A stretch of DNA of 64,000 nucleotides from Azolla caroliniana (GCA_043228905.1 JBHGNT010000008.1:8494001-8558000), one strand, 5' to 3'; positions 50,521-64,000 are shown, counted from the first letter of the stretch. Notes: generated from the sequence alone by a model not told the origin. Program-made: numbers and translations.

Positions 50521-51259
50521 AATTAACCGCTCTAGTAAGTAGAGGACCAAGAAAATCCTAATAATACATTGTATTCTTATGTATATTGGCCAAGTGAAAC
50601 ATTATGTATGTGATCCAATTAACCTATGAAGAATAACATTGTGAGCATTATATTTCTACAAGTAAAACCATTATATGAGAGAGAGCGAGAGAGATCCTTT
50701 TTAGCATCCACGAGATATTGATTGCAATGAAAAGGCCTAAATCAAGGATCAAACTTTGGTTATCTCAATTAGTTCCAATTTTCTCTGAGTTGGACCTAGG
50801 ACCTAGGATGCGGCGAGCTCGACTTGCAATCGAGAATGGACAATAGCAATCGAGAATGGACATATTGAGGTCCGGGAATGATTACATCGACCCTCTCGTT
50901 GTGAGCTCGCTATATTGGAGGTGCTCGAGGGTCGAGCGGTAGCAATCTACAAAGGAAGATGATGAGGATGCGGATGGGGGCGCATGTCAAATTTGGAGAA
51001 GGATTGGGTCACCAAGAGTGAGAGGTCGCCATAGCCGCAGAGCTCGTGGTTCGGCTGGTGGGAAGTAGGGGATTTGTGGATGTCGGTTGACCGATCATAG
51101 TAGGCTACGGAGAGAGAGTCGTGGAGGTGGGACTTGGTGTTAAATTCGAACTCATCAGTGGTAAGGCTGAGGGGGGTGGGAGTCATGAGGAGGAGGAGAA
51201 GAAAAGGAGGAAGCGGCAATGGTTTTTTGGGGGTTTCTTCACACCTCTAAAGCTTTTTT

Positions 51260-51418
51260 GTCCCAAACTGGTTCAAACTGGTCAACGAAAACTAGTTTAG
51301 GGATCGGTTTGGTTTGGTTTTGTTCCGGTTTGAGAACTCCAAAACGGTTTAAGCTTAACCGGTTTGGCTTATCCAAGCCAAACTGGTTAAGCCTTAACCA
51401 AACCATTGCCAATTCCTA
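51260..51418. mobile_element. Possible end of a non-autonomous hAT-type DNA transposon
   Basis: Cluster of AAACC/GGTTT subterminal motifs ending in CCATTGCCAATTCCTA (TAGGAATTGGCAA on the minus strand); other end not found. Confidence 0.45.
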
Positions 51419-51709
51419 ATGTAATACTTCACGCACATGTATTGAGATTGCATTGCACATTTTTCAATCATTCTCTATCATTTACATGTTTACTAAAATT
51501 TATTGTCATAGTAATATACATAACATTTATATCTCTCCTTCGATATGTGATATAAATAAATATCATGTTGATTTTTGGGATTACCTTGTTGATACAAATG
51601 ATCATTGGATGATAGACTATTGTAGTAAATGCAACATACTAAAAATGCTTACCTCATTAGCAAGAGTATTGTTTATGGTCTCCTACTTACGAATATTTTT
51701 CGACTTAAG

Positions 51710-54700
51710 GTTTATTTTATTTTTTTCCCAAAATGAAGCTACTTGCCCATTAGTTAGGTAGGATTATTACAAAGAGACTGTACAAGGAGGCTTAAACATA
51801 GATCGGGGAATCACCCTCCGATCAAGTTCAAGAAATCAAGACTAGTGACATCGCCTTTCGGACTAACTACTTAGTGTAAGGACCTACAGCTAAAAATGTG
51901 CCCTGCAGTGATGGCTAGTACGAGACAAGTCTTGGGGTCGACAACAAAGGGAGGGTGGTAAGTTAACCGGAAACAGCCAGTGTGGGGGTTGCTAGTTCAA
52001 ACTCGGGCCACTTCCTCCTTGTGTCACATAGGCGTGTTCCACCATTTCTGCCAAAAGTGCAAATGGGTAGTACCCACGTCAGAGGAATGGCTGCAAACCT
52101 CATCCAATTGCCCTTGTAGGTAGCTAATAAGCACAAACCATATGTCCATGATCACTTCCTCCGGGGGCCGCACCAGATCCTGGAAGACCTTTAGGCAACG
52201 CGCTTTCCATACATTCCACAAGATGAAGCCTGCGATCAGCATCCAAATGTCCGGGAACCTCGGGGATGTGGACTACAAGCCTCTCTCAAATTGAATCTTG
52301 ACGATTTTTCCTTTTATCCATACATAGCACCAACTATCCGCATTGAAGGCATTCATCCACCTACCAACAGAGTGATCAAGCCATGCTGCAACACTCCACG
52401 ATGTTGTTCCTTCCACTTCACATGTCACAAGGAGGCGAGTCACTCTATCCCATATCTTTTGAGTGTGAGCGAAATCCCACAGACAATGCCTCAGAGTCTC
52501 AATAGGTGAATGACAAAGTGGGCTGCCTAACGGGCTGCCACGTTTACCTAGCCATTCGCCAATGGGAACCACATTATGACCGATTTGGCACCAAAAAATA
52601 TTTATCTTTTCCGGCAAGTGGAGATGCCAGAGGCCCTTCCAAAAGGTAATGAGCACCTCATCAGGGATGCCCAATGTATGCCAGCCATAGTGTAAGGGGT
52701 CGTCTAGCTATAGTTGAAAAGCCCGACCCAGTTTAGTGTTGTACTCAAAGAAATGGCGAAATCTACCATCATGTTTCCACTTGAAATCCCCTGGGTCTCA
52801 TTCTAGTTCGACGAGGGGATGACAACCATATACCCATAACATCCAATGGGGTTCCACCTTAGCAACATCCGGGTCTGTCTTCCAGATGTTACCAACCTAC
52901 ACCACCATGCGGATAGGGTGCCAAGAGCCCCTACTCTGACTCTCCCCAAAAATCCTATCTCTTCCCGAACCGCTCATGCCCTTCAAAGCCTTAACCCTTC
53001 CAGCCTCATCAAAGAGACCGAACCAAGCTTCTTCTCTCACCTCCCCCATTAGAACCCTATCAACTGCCTCAGCTAGCAATCTCCGCATTTTCATGGCTCC
53101 CTTGAGGGGAGGGAATGGGATCCCCTGGGCTCCTCTTAAAGCCATCGTGCGTCTCCAATCATCCAAAGAGTGAAGCCATGTTTGCGCCAGCTTTCCCCAT
53201 GCTAGGCCCTTAAGCTGACCTAACATCATGTCGTCACTTGTTCGCACCTGAGGGTTCCAAAATAATGGTTGTCTAGACCCCTCGGTTAGTGTCTCCGGTG
53301 TGTGCTTGACCAAATGATGTTGTACGTGACACCATGCCCGCAAGATGGAGTTCGTGACCCTCTCCTTCGGAAGACAAGCCACCTTGGGTGGGACGCCGCT
53401 CGTGCAACACCAATTCAAGGAGTCGGGCCAAGGTCTACCATACTTGGGAGTCCCTACCTGCAACCTATTGCGAAGTAGAACCTTCCAACACCTCTTACCT
53501 GGCAAGAGGCAACGAACCACCATTTTGGCTTGCAATGCTCGGTTCTGCATTAAGGGGTCTATGAGGGCGAGCCGCCCTTTGGCCCACGATTGTGTTAACC
53601 AATGTCATGACACTTTGGCGGCATCCATCAGGTTGTCCTTACCTGACCATATAAAGCCCCTGATGGCATCCTTAACCGCGCGCAAGCCTGAAGGGTCCAT
53701 AATCCAGCACGAGACTAAGTGCCACATGGTGGCGAGCATCACTTGGTTCGCAATAAGAACCCTACCAACAAAGAATAGTTTAGACCTGCTCCATTGGTTC
53801 AACTTCTTGCTTAGTTTGTCTTGCACATGTGACAATTGCGCTCCCTTGGGGATTGCCCTCCCCATTGTAAATCCGAGTTACTTGAATGTCGTCCCATCAA
53901 GGACCCATGCAAAATCAGCATGGGGATGCCACCTTGGCTTCTCTTGTTCGCTGAACCAGAGGCCTTGGGTTTTATCCCAATTGATCTTGGAACCGGAAGC
54001 CTGACAAAAGTCTTCAACAAGATGTTTAGCTCGCTGCAAATTTGCATCATCACCCTAGAGAAAAAAAGGATCGTATCGTCCGCATATTCAGATAACAGAA
54101 GATCCTCAATCACATTGGGGATGGACAATCCCCTCAGTCCGCTACTTGGTGCTTGTAAGTAGGTTGAGAAAGCCTCGGTTACAAAGAGATAGAGATATGG
54201 GGCTAGGGGACAACCTTGCCTCACTGAGCAATGTAGTTGGAAGGCGGGGCAGGGCCCCTTGCACCAGATACCAACACACTACTGGTAGCAGTCCGATAGA
54301 GTGCAGAAGTGCAATTCCTCCATTGCGGGGGAAGGCCCATAGCTCTCATCACTCTTTTTCAAAAAGGGCCATAACACCCTGTCGTAAGCCTTCTCAAAGT
54401 CTAACATTAGAATAGCCGAGCTCGATGCGGTGCAATCTACCAATGCCATAACTTCCCAGAGAAGTAGCACATTATCAAAGATACACCTACCCCTGATAAA
54501 CCCTGTTTGATTCTCATGTATGATGTCCGGTAGGAAGCTTGCTATCCGCCTAGCTAGGACTTTTGCGAGTATCTTGTATATCGTGTTAAGGATCGTGATT
54601 GGATGCCATTGACGCAGCTCGAGGCTTCGCCCTGCCACATTAGGGATAAGATAGATCATCCCCTCTGCCAGTCCAGTTGGCATCGCTCCTGAGGACCAAA

Positions 54701-57509
54701 TCTCTTGAATCCTAGCTTCCACTAACGGGATAACGGTTTCCCAATGAATCTCAAAAAAATCTCATGAGAGACCATCAGGGCTGGGGCATGCTCCTCTCCG
54801 CAAATCCCAAAGTGCCTCTGAGAGTTCTAATCGAGAACTGGGGCTATCGAGCACAACTTCCATCTCATCGGTGACCTTGGGGTGAATGCAAGCCATCACT
54901 CTCTCAGCCAGCTCCGTGTTTTGTTGCATATGCATAGGTGTGAGTAGGTCACGATAGTATTGGGTTGCCATATGCAGAATCTCATCCTTATCCTCCGTTA
55001 TTGAGCCGTCTGGTTTGCGCAGGCTTTTTATATGTCCACCACCACCCTTGGGTGCCCTGGAGTGAAAGAAATGACGGTGGACCTTGTCGTCTGTTCTAGC
55101 CCACCATGTTGCGGCCCTACACAATAGCATGTGGTTCTTCTCCAATGTCCTTTCCCGCAGCTTCAACTTTGCTTCCTCTAGCTTAGCTCTGCACCAATTG
55201 CAGCTAGGGTTTGCTTGTCGCAATCGTTGCGCGGCCACAACGAACTTCCGTAATTTTGTTTCAATGGCTCTAGCCTGCTGGAGGGCCAACTTGGTTTCCT
55301 ATTGTAAAAAGGAGGAGAGGGCCAGTTTCTTCTGCAAATCCTCACTGGACGATTCACTTACAATGGTCTCCCGCCATATGCTCTACAACCCTGCTTTCAC
55401 CTTTGCACTCCTCATGATCTTTGTGGGGATTTTCATAGTGAGACTTCCCTTGCTACCACGGGGTGGGTTAAGGTCTAGTCTCATCGGCTGGTAATCCAAG
55501 AAGGTAAGACCTGCCAAGATAGCGAAGGAGCTCCCCCAGCTCTTCGAGGGACAAGCTGATGTATATGCGGTCTAGCCACGCAAGACTATCACCCCTAGCA
55601 TTCACTGCAGCTCGGGAGAAGTGTAGCGAATGTGAGCATCTCCTAAGGGAAGAGCCCCATGTATCCTTCACCCCAATTTTTCCAATTAGGAAAGCCCATG
55701 AGTCCAACTCTGCACCATGAAGCGGTCTTTGGGTCCCTCCTTTCCTATCTCCCAGATGCTCAATCAAGTTGAAATCTCCAGCCATTACCCACGCTAACAT
55801 CCTCCAAAAGATTGCTCTCTCGGGGGAAGAGTTAGGGGCATAAATATTTAGCACTCCAATCTGAAGGCGATTCCACTTCAACAACACATATAAGGCTCTA
55901 CCCGTTACCAACATGCCATGTGATGTTACTTCGTAACGGGCCTGATCATTAATCGAGATGCAGACCCCTCCTCTTTGGTGGAGGTCACCTTGTGCAGCTG
56001 ACCACCACGTGGTCCATCCACCTGACAAGGAGTTTACTAGGCTCTGAGTTCTCTCTTGAGAGAGATGGTGTTCCTACAACAACAATATGTCAATGTTGCC
56101 CCCTATATTAAGGGGATTCAACTCCTCCCATAGTCTTTTGGACTCATGTTGTTGACGGCCTTCACCAAGGCCTTGCACATTCCCCGTTAGGATCCTCATC
56201 TGAAGGCAGTGAGGTTGACGCCCATGTCGGGGCTGACCCCGATGTCATGGGGCAACCTATCATCTACTTTTGGGGGTAGGGACTCCATAGTAGATTGGAG
56301 AGCCCCTAAGGAATTCCCAGCCTGTCATTCCCGGCCCGCTTCAAATAGTTCCCGCGATACAGTTTGGCTCCTAAGCGGTTGCATATCCTGCACCCCTCTA
56401 GCCCAAAGAGACGTCGCCAAACTAGGTGATGGGTTGCCTATTTTACTCTTGATCATGCCTGTCCAGATCCATGACTTCCCTAATCTAAGTTCACCACCAC
56501 ATTCACGTTCCATCTTGAGGGGGGCCTTTGACAACATCTCCTCCGGGGTGGACGATACCTATTGTGGTTGAATCTCCATCGAGGTGGAGAACACGAGTTT
56601 GGGGGATAAGGATTCACAAGGGGACATCGTTGCTGCTTCTGGGTCGCCATCCCCTAGCCCTTGGAGCAATGTGAATCTGTTGGACGTTCTCACCGGTAGG
56701 TTGTGCGTCTCCGCACTCCCCGAGAGGATCTTCACCCGTTTCGAGGGTTCTTCGTCCACACTTGTTGGTGACAAGGTAGGAGAACTTCTTTCTACGGGAC
56801 AATCTTGAAAGAGGGGGGGGAGGTTGCACCTAGGCTTCGAAGTTTCCCTTGCTTCTTAACTGGGTGCCAAGGAGCCTCGCTACCCTTGGATGGCTCGGCC
56901 TTCCCTGAGGTTTGAGGGCCCGAGCTTCCCTTTCCAGTCTTACGAGGACATTCCTTAGCTAGGTACCCTTTTTGTTTGCAAATGAAACACTACCTAGGGA
57001 GTCCCTCATATACCACATTCACCATTGTGAGACCTAGCTCCTCAGAGTAGAGCCTAATTCTAGTAGGAAGTCCATGGAGGGAAGGCACTAAGATGCGTAG
57101 CTTGGACACCTCCGCTACTGTATCTGTCATGGACATTTTGTTAGGGCAAATCGTCCCTCTGTGTTCACCAAAAAAAGGGAGCAAATGACAGAAGTGGGGA
57201 GGGAGGCCAAGAAATGTTGCGGTGATCACCCTAGGATTGTTAAGTTTCCGCACCTCCTCAATTGGATTGAACCCTGGTGACCACGGCTGGAGCAACACCT
57301 TACCGTACTTCAATTCAAGTACCGTGAGCTCTATCAATGGTTGCACCAACACGCCATCTCCCAATTCAATGTGGAAGATATTTTTCCCCAAACCCCGGAC
57401 GCTCTTGATCGGGGGCATGGTTTCCATCACAGCCACTTGGAGCATGTCCCGAACCATGCCACAACTTGGTCTACCTGCAAGCAACCTACATACAAAGGAA
57501 GTACGACAT
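51710..57509 (-). mobile_element. L1-type LINE with ORF1 (knuckle) and ORF2 (APE endonuclease, RT, zinc-binding tail), decayed
   Basis: ORF1 CFICKQKGYLAKEC; ORF2 from about 56199 MRILTGNVQG, NIYAPN, GDFN, LDRIY, DFEKAYDRV, RQGCPLAP, YADD; A-rich tail at about 51710-51727. Confidence 0.92.
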
Positions 57510-57995
57510 TGTCGCGAAGATTCGCGCGTGCGTGTGCTACTCGAGCGACCACCGGGGTCTTGGATTAGGGAGGACGTTCGTAGAATTATCGAAGAGATGA
57601 CGATCAATGTAAGATTGGATGTAATTTGTTCACTTGAGAAGAAGAAAGATTGTACACTTGAGAAGTAGAAAAATATGAAGAAGATAAAGACGAATATAAT
57701 TATATTGATGATAGTGGTGTTGGTGATATCACATATTGACCCCCCTCTTTACACAAGTTCCACTAGGGTTTTTATAGCTTTCTTCATGCACAAAACCATG
57801 GGTTTAGAACCATGGTTTTGGGGACACGGTTTTTTGCTTATGACATGCACAATCCATGGGTTTAGAACCATGGTTATCTGCACATGGTTTTCTATGTTGT
57901 TTCGTCTATAATTTGTATATGAAAAGGAAATACATAAAATTTACAATATATGATAGTTGTCCTAGTGGTAAGGCAAACATCTTGTATCTTAGAGG
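57510..57995 (-). mobile_element. B-family LTR inserted in LINE ORF1 and interrupted by Copia G
   Basis: Reverse complement of 24749 to about 24267. Confidence 0.9.
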
Positions 57996-58365
57996 TGTTG
58001 GGATTACGGTCCCTCCGGATGGGATGGTCGGATGTCCGGGAATCGGGAATGAAGACCCGAATGAGGAGTACCCGGTATCGGAGCCGGATGATGAAGACCC
58101 GGTTCCGGATCCGGATGATGAAGACCCCGGTTCCGGATCCGGATGATGAAGACCCCGGCTGTGGAGCCGGATGACGAATGTACCCGGAGAGAGATCCGGA
58201 TGCGGGGACATATTTGTGAATATGTTTGCCAAGGGCCCTTGAGGCTATATTTGTAAACAGCCCGAAAGTCATATGTGTATAAATATGACTTAGGGCAAAC
58301 AGTTTTGATGTTGTTGCTCATCTTTCTGTTTTCCACTTAGAGGGAGCTAAGTGAGCAGCCGAGAA

Positions 58366-58399
<34 letters not shown>

Positions 58400-58692
58400 G
58401 AAGAGGTCGTTGCCTCTGTGTATTACCGCCGCCTGTGGCGAAGACAGTGAGCTCAAGGTTGTTGCTTTGTAGCTTCACCATTGTACATCTCTGTTTATAG
58501 TGATAGTTGGAGTTTGAGGACTCCCGTGGTTTTTTCCCATTTAGGGTTTTCCACGTAAAACATCCTGTGTACTTTTCTCTCTACTGTCTTCGTGGATTTT
58601 GTACTTCGTTTTCTGTGAGTTGATCCTGTTCCTCGGTGGTGGCCGAGCACTGTGTTCAACAAAGTGGTATCAGAGCGACGGTAACACAGAAA

Positions 58693-61600
58693 ATGGAAGG
58701 CGGCAGCAGCGGGCAGCCGGGGATGATGGTGCTGAATGCGCAGAACTACGCCGACTGGAAGATAAAGATGGAGGATCTGCTCATTGTTCGGGACCTGTAT
58801 GAACCGATCGACAGGTCGGAAATACCCAAGGGGGTACTTGAGACGGAATGGAGGCTTCTGAACCGGAAAGCCGTTGCAACCATTCGGCAATACGTCGACG
58901 TGAGCGTTCTACAACACATGGCGAACGACACCAACGCATATGAGATGTGGCGGAAGCTGTCGGGCCTCTACGAGAGGAAGAATGCGTTAAACCGGACCTC
59001 CCTGATGAGGAAGATAGTGAACCTCAAGTACCGGGACGGCGAGAGTATGGTGGAACACGTAAGCACGTTCATGGGATTCGTGAACCAGCTTGCGGCGATC
59101 AAGTTCCCGTTGGAGGATGCAATGCAAGCCATCATCCTGATGTGTACATTGCCGGAAAGCTGGGAGAACTTGGTGGTGACTCTCAGCACCTCCTGCACCG
59201 AAGATAACTTGTCCCTACAAACGGTAAAAACAAGCATTCTGAACGAAGAAGCGCGTCGGAGAGATAAAGAACCGGCCTCCGATCCGAAGATGCTGCTTGC
59301 CGAATCGGATCGGGGAAGACAACGGAACCGGAGTCCACAAAGACGGGAGAAGTCGGGGACCCGGTCGCAGTCAAGAGGAAGGCCCACATGCTTCCACTGT
59401 GGGAAGCCCGGGCACTTCCGAAAGAATTGTCGGCATTACTGGAAAGACAACGGAATCGACGGTACCAATTCGAAGAAGTCACCGGAGCGAAACGGTGCAT
59501 ACCGGGGAGCCACGGACCGGAGAGGTCCGGATCGGCGAGGGCAAGACCGGAAAGGAACGACGGCACTCGCGGCAAGTGAAGAAGAGATAATGCTCATTAC
59601 CGAAGAGAGGGAGCTGAACCTTGCCGGTGAGGAGATGACCTGGGTGGTCGATTCCGGAGCGTCGTTCCACCTGACCCCGGAGAAGAAATACTTCTCATCC
59701 TACACAGCCGGTGAGCACGGCTGTGTCCGGATGGGAAATGAAGGTACATGCCGGATTGCCGGCATAGGAGACGTGTGGCTGATAACATCAACCGGATGCA
59801 AGATGCTGCTGAAGGATGTTCGACACGTTCCGGAGGTTCGATTGAACCTGATTTCGGCCGGGAGGCTAGACGATGAAGGCTACACAGGTAGCATCCGGAA
59901 CGGCGTAATGAAGTTCAGCAAGGGGAGCCTGATAGTGGCTCGGGCCCGGAAAGTCAACACACTGTACCTTTTGAGTGCCTGGTTGTGTCCGGAGGAGTTG
60001 AACGTGGCAGCCGACACTGCCGGTGAGCTGTGGCACAAGAGACTGTGCCACATGAGTGAGAAGGGGATGAAGAGACTTGCAGAAGACAACCTTATTCCAG
60101 TGAAGCATGTGCACCTGGAGAAGTGCACCGATTGCCTGGCCGGTAAGCAGAACCGAACCTCCTTCCACTCGAGGCCACCGACGAGACGTAGCGCACCATT
60201 GGAGTTGGTGCACACTGACGTGTGTCAAGTAGAAACGAAGTCACATGGCGGAGCCCAGTACTTCGTGACATTCATTGATGACCACAGCCGGAAGCTGTGG
60301 ACGGCACCGTTGAAGACAAAGGACCAAGTGTTGTGCGTCTTCAAAGAACTCCACGCGAGAGTGGAAAGGGAATCCGGCAAGAAGCTGAAAGCGATACGAG
60401 CGGATAACGGAGGGGAATACCGGGGGCAGTTCGAGGAGTACTGTCGCTCGAAGGGAATCCGGCTCGAGTTTACTGTGCCGAAGACGCCGGAACTGAACGG
60501 ACTGGCCGAGAGGATGAACCGGACCATAATGGAAAGGGTCCGGAGTATGCTGGCACATGCGAAATTACCCAAGGGGTTTTGGGCTGAGGCAATGTCGACG
60601 GCGACATACGTGATAAACAGATCACCCTCAGTACCTTTGGACGGAGACACGCCACAGAGAGTGTGGACCGGTAGGGAAGTATCCTACCAGCATCTGAAGG
60701 TGTTCGGGTGTCTCGCATATGTGCATGTGGCAAAGGACCGGAGAGGAAAGCTAGATCCAAAGACCCGGCCATGCATATTCCTCGGTTACGGCGACGACGA
60801 GTTTGGCTACCGAGTATGGGACCCGGTTGACAAGAAAATATTCAGGAGTCGAGATATCATCTTCATGGAGGACAAGACACTCGCCGACTGGGAGTCGGAG
60901 AAGAAGATGAAGAGCTCCAAGTCGACCGGTGAGGATCAACTCTACGAGGAGCAGTCCCGACCGGAAAGGGACCGGTTAGCACTCGAGGATCCGGCCGAAG
61001 ACGGTGAAGAAACAGAACCGGCCGAGGAAGATGAAACTGATACCGGAACCGGCCCCGACCCCGAAATCGATTCGGATGAAGAGGAAACGGAGGAGCCGGT
61101 TACCGAAGCTCCGGAACGGAGATATCCTCTAAGAGAGAGAAGGGCCCCCCGGAGATTTTCGGAACCAGAGCACGTGCTGCTAACCGACGAAGGGGAGCCG
61201 GAGAGTTTTGAAGAAGCAAAGCTTGACACCCATAGCCGCAGGTGGTTAAGTGCCATGCAGGAGGAGATGGATTCCCTGCATGAGAACCACACATATGAAC
61301 TTGTGGAGTTGCCGAAAGGAAAGCGGGCACTTCGAAACAAGTGGGTGTTCAAGCTGAAACCGGGAGATGCCAGAAACCCCCCGAGATACAAAGCCAGGAT
61401 CGTGGTGAAGGGGGTTCCAGCAGAAGAAGGGGCGTCGACTTCGACGAGATATTTGCCCCGGTAGTGAAGATGACCTCCATCCGGACGGTGTTGAGCATAG
61501 CGGCAAGCATGGACCTCGAGGTAGAACAGATGGACGTGAAGACGGCATTCCTTCACGGTGACCTCGAAGAAGAGATTTACATGCAGCAACCGGAAGGATT

Positions 61601-61880
61601 CGAGAAGAAAGGGAAGGGGCACCTGGTATGCCGGTTGAAGAAGAGCCTTTATGGACTGAAGCAGGCTCCCCGGCAACGGTACCCGGAAGTTCGACTCTTT
61701 CATGACCGACGAAGGGTACCACAAAACGCAGTCCGATCACTGCGTGTTTGTGAAGAAGTTCGAAGGAGGAGACTTTCTAATACTCCTCCTGTACGTGGAC
61801 GACATGTTGATCGTCGGACGGGACCAGGTCAAGATACGGATGCTGAAGAAAGCACTTCACCGAACCTTCTCCATTTGAAG
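58693..61880 (+). CDS. Copia Gag-Pol (gag, PR, INT, RT N-terminal part); frame disturbed after about 61410
   Basis: CFHCGKPGHFRKNC, WVVDSGAS, LWHKRLCH, DNGGEY, QMDVKTAFL, LYVDD. Confidence 0.9.
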
Positions 61881-61882
61881 AT

Positions 61883-62928
61883 AAGGTTCAGCTCCCTCTC
61901 TTCGGTAATGAGCATTATCTCTTCTTCACNNNNNNNNNNNNNNNNNNNNNNNNNNNNNNNNNNNNNNNNNNNNNNNNNNNNNNNNNNNNNNNNNNNNNNN
62001 NNNNNNNNNNNNNNNNNNNNNNNNNNNNNAAGCAGCATCTTCGGATCGGAGGCCGGTTCTTTATCTCTCCGACGCGCTTCTTCGTTCAGAATGCTTGTTT
62101 TTACCGTTTGTAGGGACAAGTTATCTTCGGTGCAGGAGGTGCTGAGAGTCACCACCAAGTTCTCCCAGCTTTCCGGCAATGTACACATCAGGATGATGGC
62201 TTGCATTGCATCCTCCAACGGGAACTTGATCGCCGCAAGCTGGTTCACGAATCCCATGAACGTGCTTACGTGTTCCACCATACTCTCGCCGTCCCGGTAC
62301 TTGAGGTTCACTATCTTCCTCATCAGGGAGGTCCGGTTTAACGCATTCTTCCTCTCGTAGAGGCCCGACAGCTTCCGCCACATCTCATATGCGTTGGTGT
62401 CGTTCGCCACGTGTTGTAGAACGCTCACGTCGACGTATTGCCGAATGGTTGCAACGGCTTTCCGGTTCAGAAGCCTCCATTCCGTCTCAAGTACCCCCTT
62501 GGGTATTTCCGACCTGTCGATCGGTTCATACAGGTCCCGAACAATGAGCAGATCCTCCATCTTTATCTTCCAGTCGGCGTAGTTCTGCGCATTCAGCACC
62601 ATCATCCCCGGCTGCCCGCTGCTGCCGCCTTCCATTTTCTGTGTTACCGTCGCTCTGATACCACTTTGTTGAACACAGCGCTCGGCCACCACCGAGGAAC
62701 AGGATCAACTCACAGAAAACGAAGTACAAAATCCACAAAGACAGTAGAGAGAAAAGTACACAGGATGTTTTACGTGGAAAACCCTAAATGGGAAAAAACC
62801 ACGGGAGTCATCAAACTCCAACTATCACTATAAACAGAGATGTACAATGGTGAAGCTACAAAGCAACAACTTTGAGCTCACTGTCTTCGCCACAGGCGGC
62901 GGTAATACACAGAGGCAACGACCTCTTC

Positions 62929-62966
<38 letters not shown>

Positions 62967-63480
62967 TTCTCGGCTGCTCACTTAGCTCCCTCTAAGTGGA
63001 AAACAGAAAGATGAGCAACAACATCAAAACTGTTTGCCCTAAGTCATATTTATACACATATGACTTTCGGGCTGTTTACAAATATAGCCTCAAGGGCCCT
63101 TGGCAAACATATTCACAAATATGTCCCCGCATCCGGATCTCTCTCCGGGTACATTCGTCATCCGGCTCCGTAGCCGGGGTCTTCATCATCCGGCTCCACA
63201 ACCGGGGTCTTCATCATCCGGATCCGGAACCGGGGTCTTCATCATCCGGATCCACAGCCGGGGTCTTCATCATCCGGATCCAGGAACCGGGGTCTTCATC
63301 AAATCCGGATCCGGAACCGGGGTCTTCATGATCCGGATCCGGAACCGGGGTCTTCATCATCCGGATCCGGAACCGGGGTCTTCATCATCCGGCTCCGATA
63401 CCGGGTACTCCTCATTCGGGTCTTCATTCCCGATTCCCGGACATCCGACCATCCCATCCGGAGGGACCGTAATCCCAACA
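61883..63480 (-). mobile_element. Inverted, truncated copy of family G (5' LTR 62667-63480, PBS, gag)
   Basis: Reverse complement of 57996-59622 with a few SNPs and an expanded LTR repeat. Confidence 0.9.
61930..62029. other. Assembly gap (100 N)
   Basis: N run; corresponds to about 280 bp of the G reference copy. Confidence 0.99.
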
Positions 63481-63727
63481 ACTGCGACTGTCAGAGTGCC
63501 ATCCACCTTGCGAAGAACGCGGCCTATCACTCCCGGACGAAGCACATCCAGCGAAGATATCACTGGATCCGGGAAAGGATAGAAGACCAGGAGTTCGTGC
63601 TGACGAAGATCCACACGGACGAGAACGGGTCAGATATGCTGACCAAAGTGCTCACACCCGACAAGCTGGAAGCGTGCCGGGAGAGGGTCGGACTGGAAAG
63701 ACATCCCATGCCGAAGTGAAGGGGGAG
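63481..63727 (+). pseudogene. RNase H C-terminus and PPT of G
   Basis: CDCQSAIHLAKN...HSRTKHIQRRYHWIRE...DMLTKVL. Confidence 0.9.
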
Positions 63728-64000
63728 TTTGTTGGGATTACAGTCCCTCCGGATGGGATGGTCGGATGTCCGGGAATCGGGAATGAAGACCCGAATGAGG
63801 AGTACCCGGTATCGGAGCCGGATGATGAAGACCCGGTTCCGGATCCGGATGATGAAGACCCCGGTTCCGGCTCCGGATGATGAAGACCCCGGCTGTGGAG
63901 CCGGATGACGAATGTACCCGGAGAGAGATCCGGATGCGGGGACATATTTGTGAATATGTTTGCCAAGGGCCCTTGAGGCTATATTTGTAAACAGCCCGAA

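Larger units (their letters stand above)
57996..64000 (+). mobile_element. Element G: young Ty1/Copia element (Tork/Tnt1-like)
   Basis: 5' LTR 57996-58661, PBS TGGTATCAGAGC (58665-58676), PPT GAAGGGGGAG, 3' LTR from 63730 beyond the window end. Confidence 0.95.

Noticed and set aside
57958-57996. Copia G targeting tRNA-like sequence
   Set aside because: G landed inside the B-LTR module, but related solo LTRs at 16029 and 48643 are not near such modules; a single event
57856-58336. Pro/Asp/Ser-rich ORFs in G LTRs
   Set aside because: Open only because the 28-bp repeats are stop-poor in several frames
61405-61690. Programmed frameshifts in G RT
   Set aside because: Single-base insertions in short G/C runs near an assembly gap; more likely sequencing error or decay

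Overview
Eukaryotic, plant-type heterochromatin-like DNA (probably a non-seed land plant such as a moss; inference from the retrotransposon lineages and the plant tRNA-Trp primer site). No intact host gene. The window is a stack of nested retrotransposons: two decayed Athila/Tat-like Ty3/Gypsy elements, a tRNA-Trp-primed Ty3/Gypsy group (full-length elements A 9308-15876 and C 16959-28675, gag-only element B 21239-24749, and solo or partial LTRs), a nearly intact chromovirus (F, 31196-38176), several Ty1/Copia elements and solo LTRs, L1-type LINEs, one hAT-like end and an intronless fragment of a SAC/FIG4 phosphoinositide phosphatase gene. Most notable: (1) three otherwise dissimilar LTR families of the Trp-primed group each carry an antisense tRNA-like RNA Pol III A-box/B-box module with identical 43-nt spacing, reminiscent of 5S-carrying Cassandra elements; (2) all seven insertion sites of this group sit at a CpG, and the net 4-bp gain looks more like a 2-bp CG duplication plus one extra base per side than a clean 4-bp TSD; (3) a G_GAU_UUU-UAG -1 frameshift signal lies between protease and RT in C; (4) B is a gag-only passenger sharing cis-signals with C; (5) the chromovirus leader looks like a 1.56-kb intron containing a five-unit hairpin array. 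All coordinates were read by eye and may be off by a few bases; no database searches were run.
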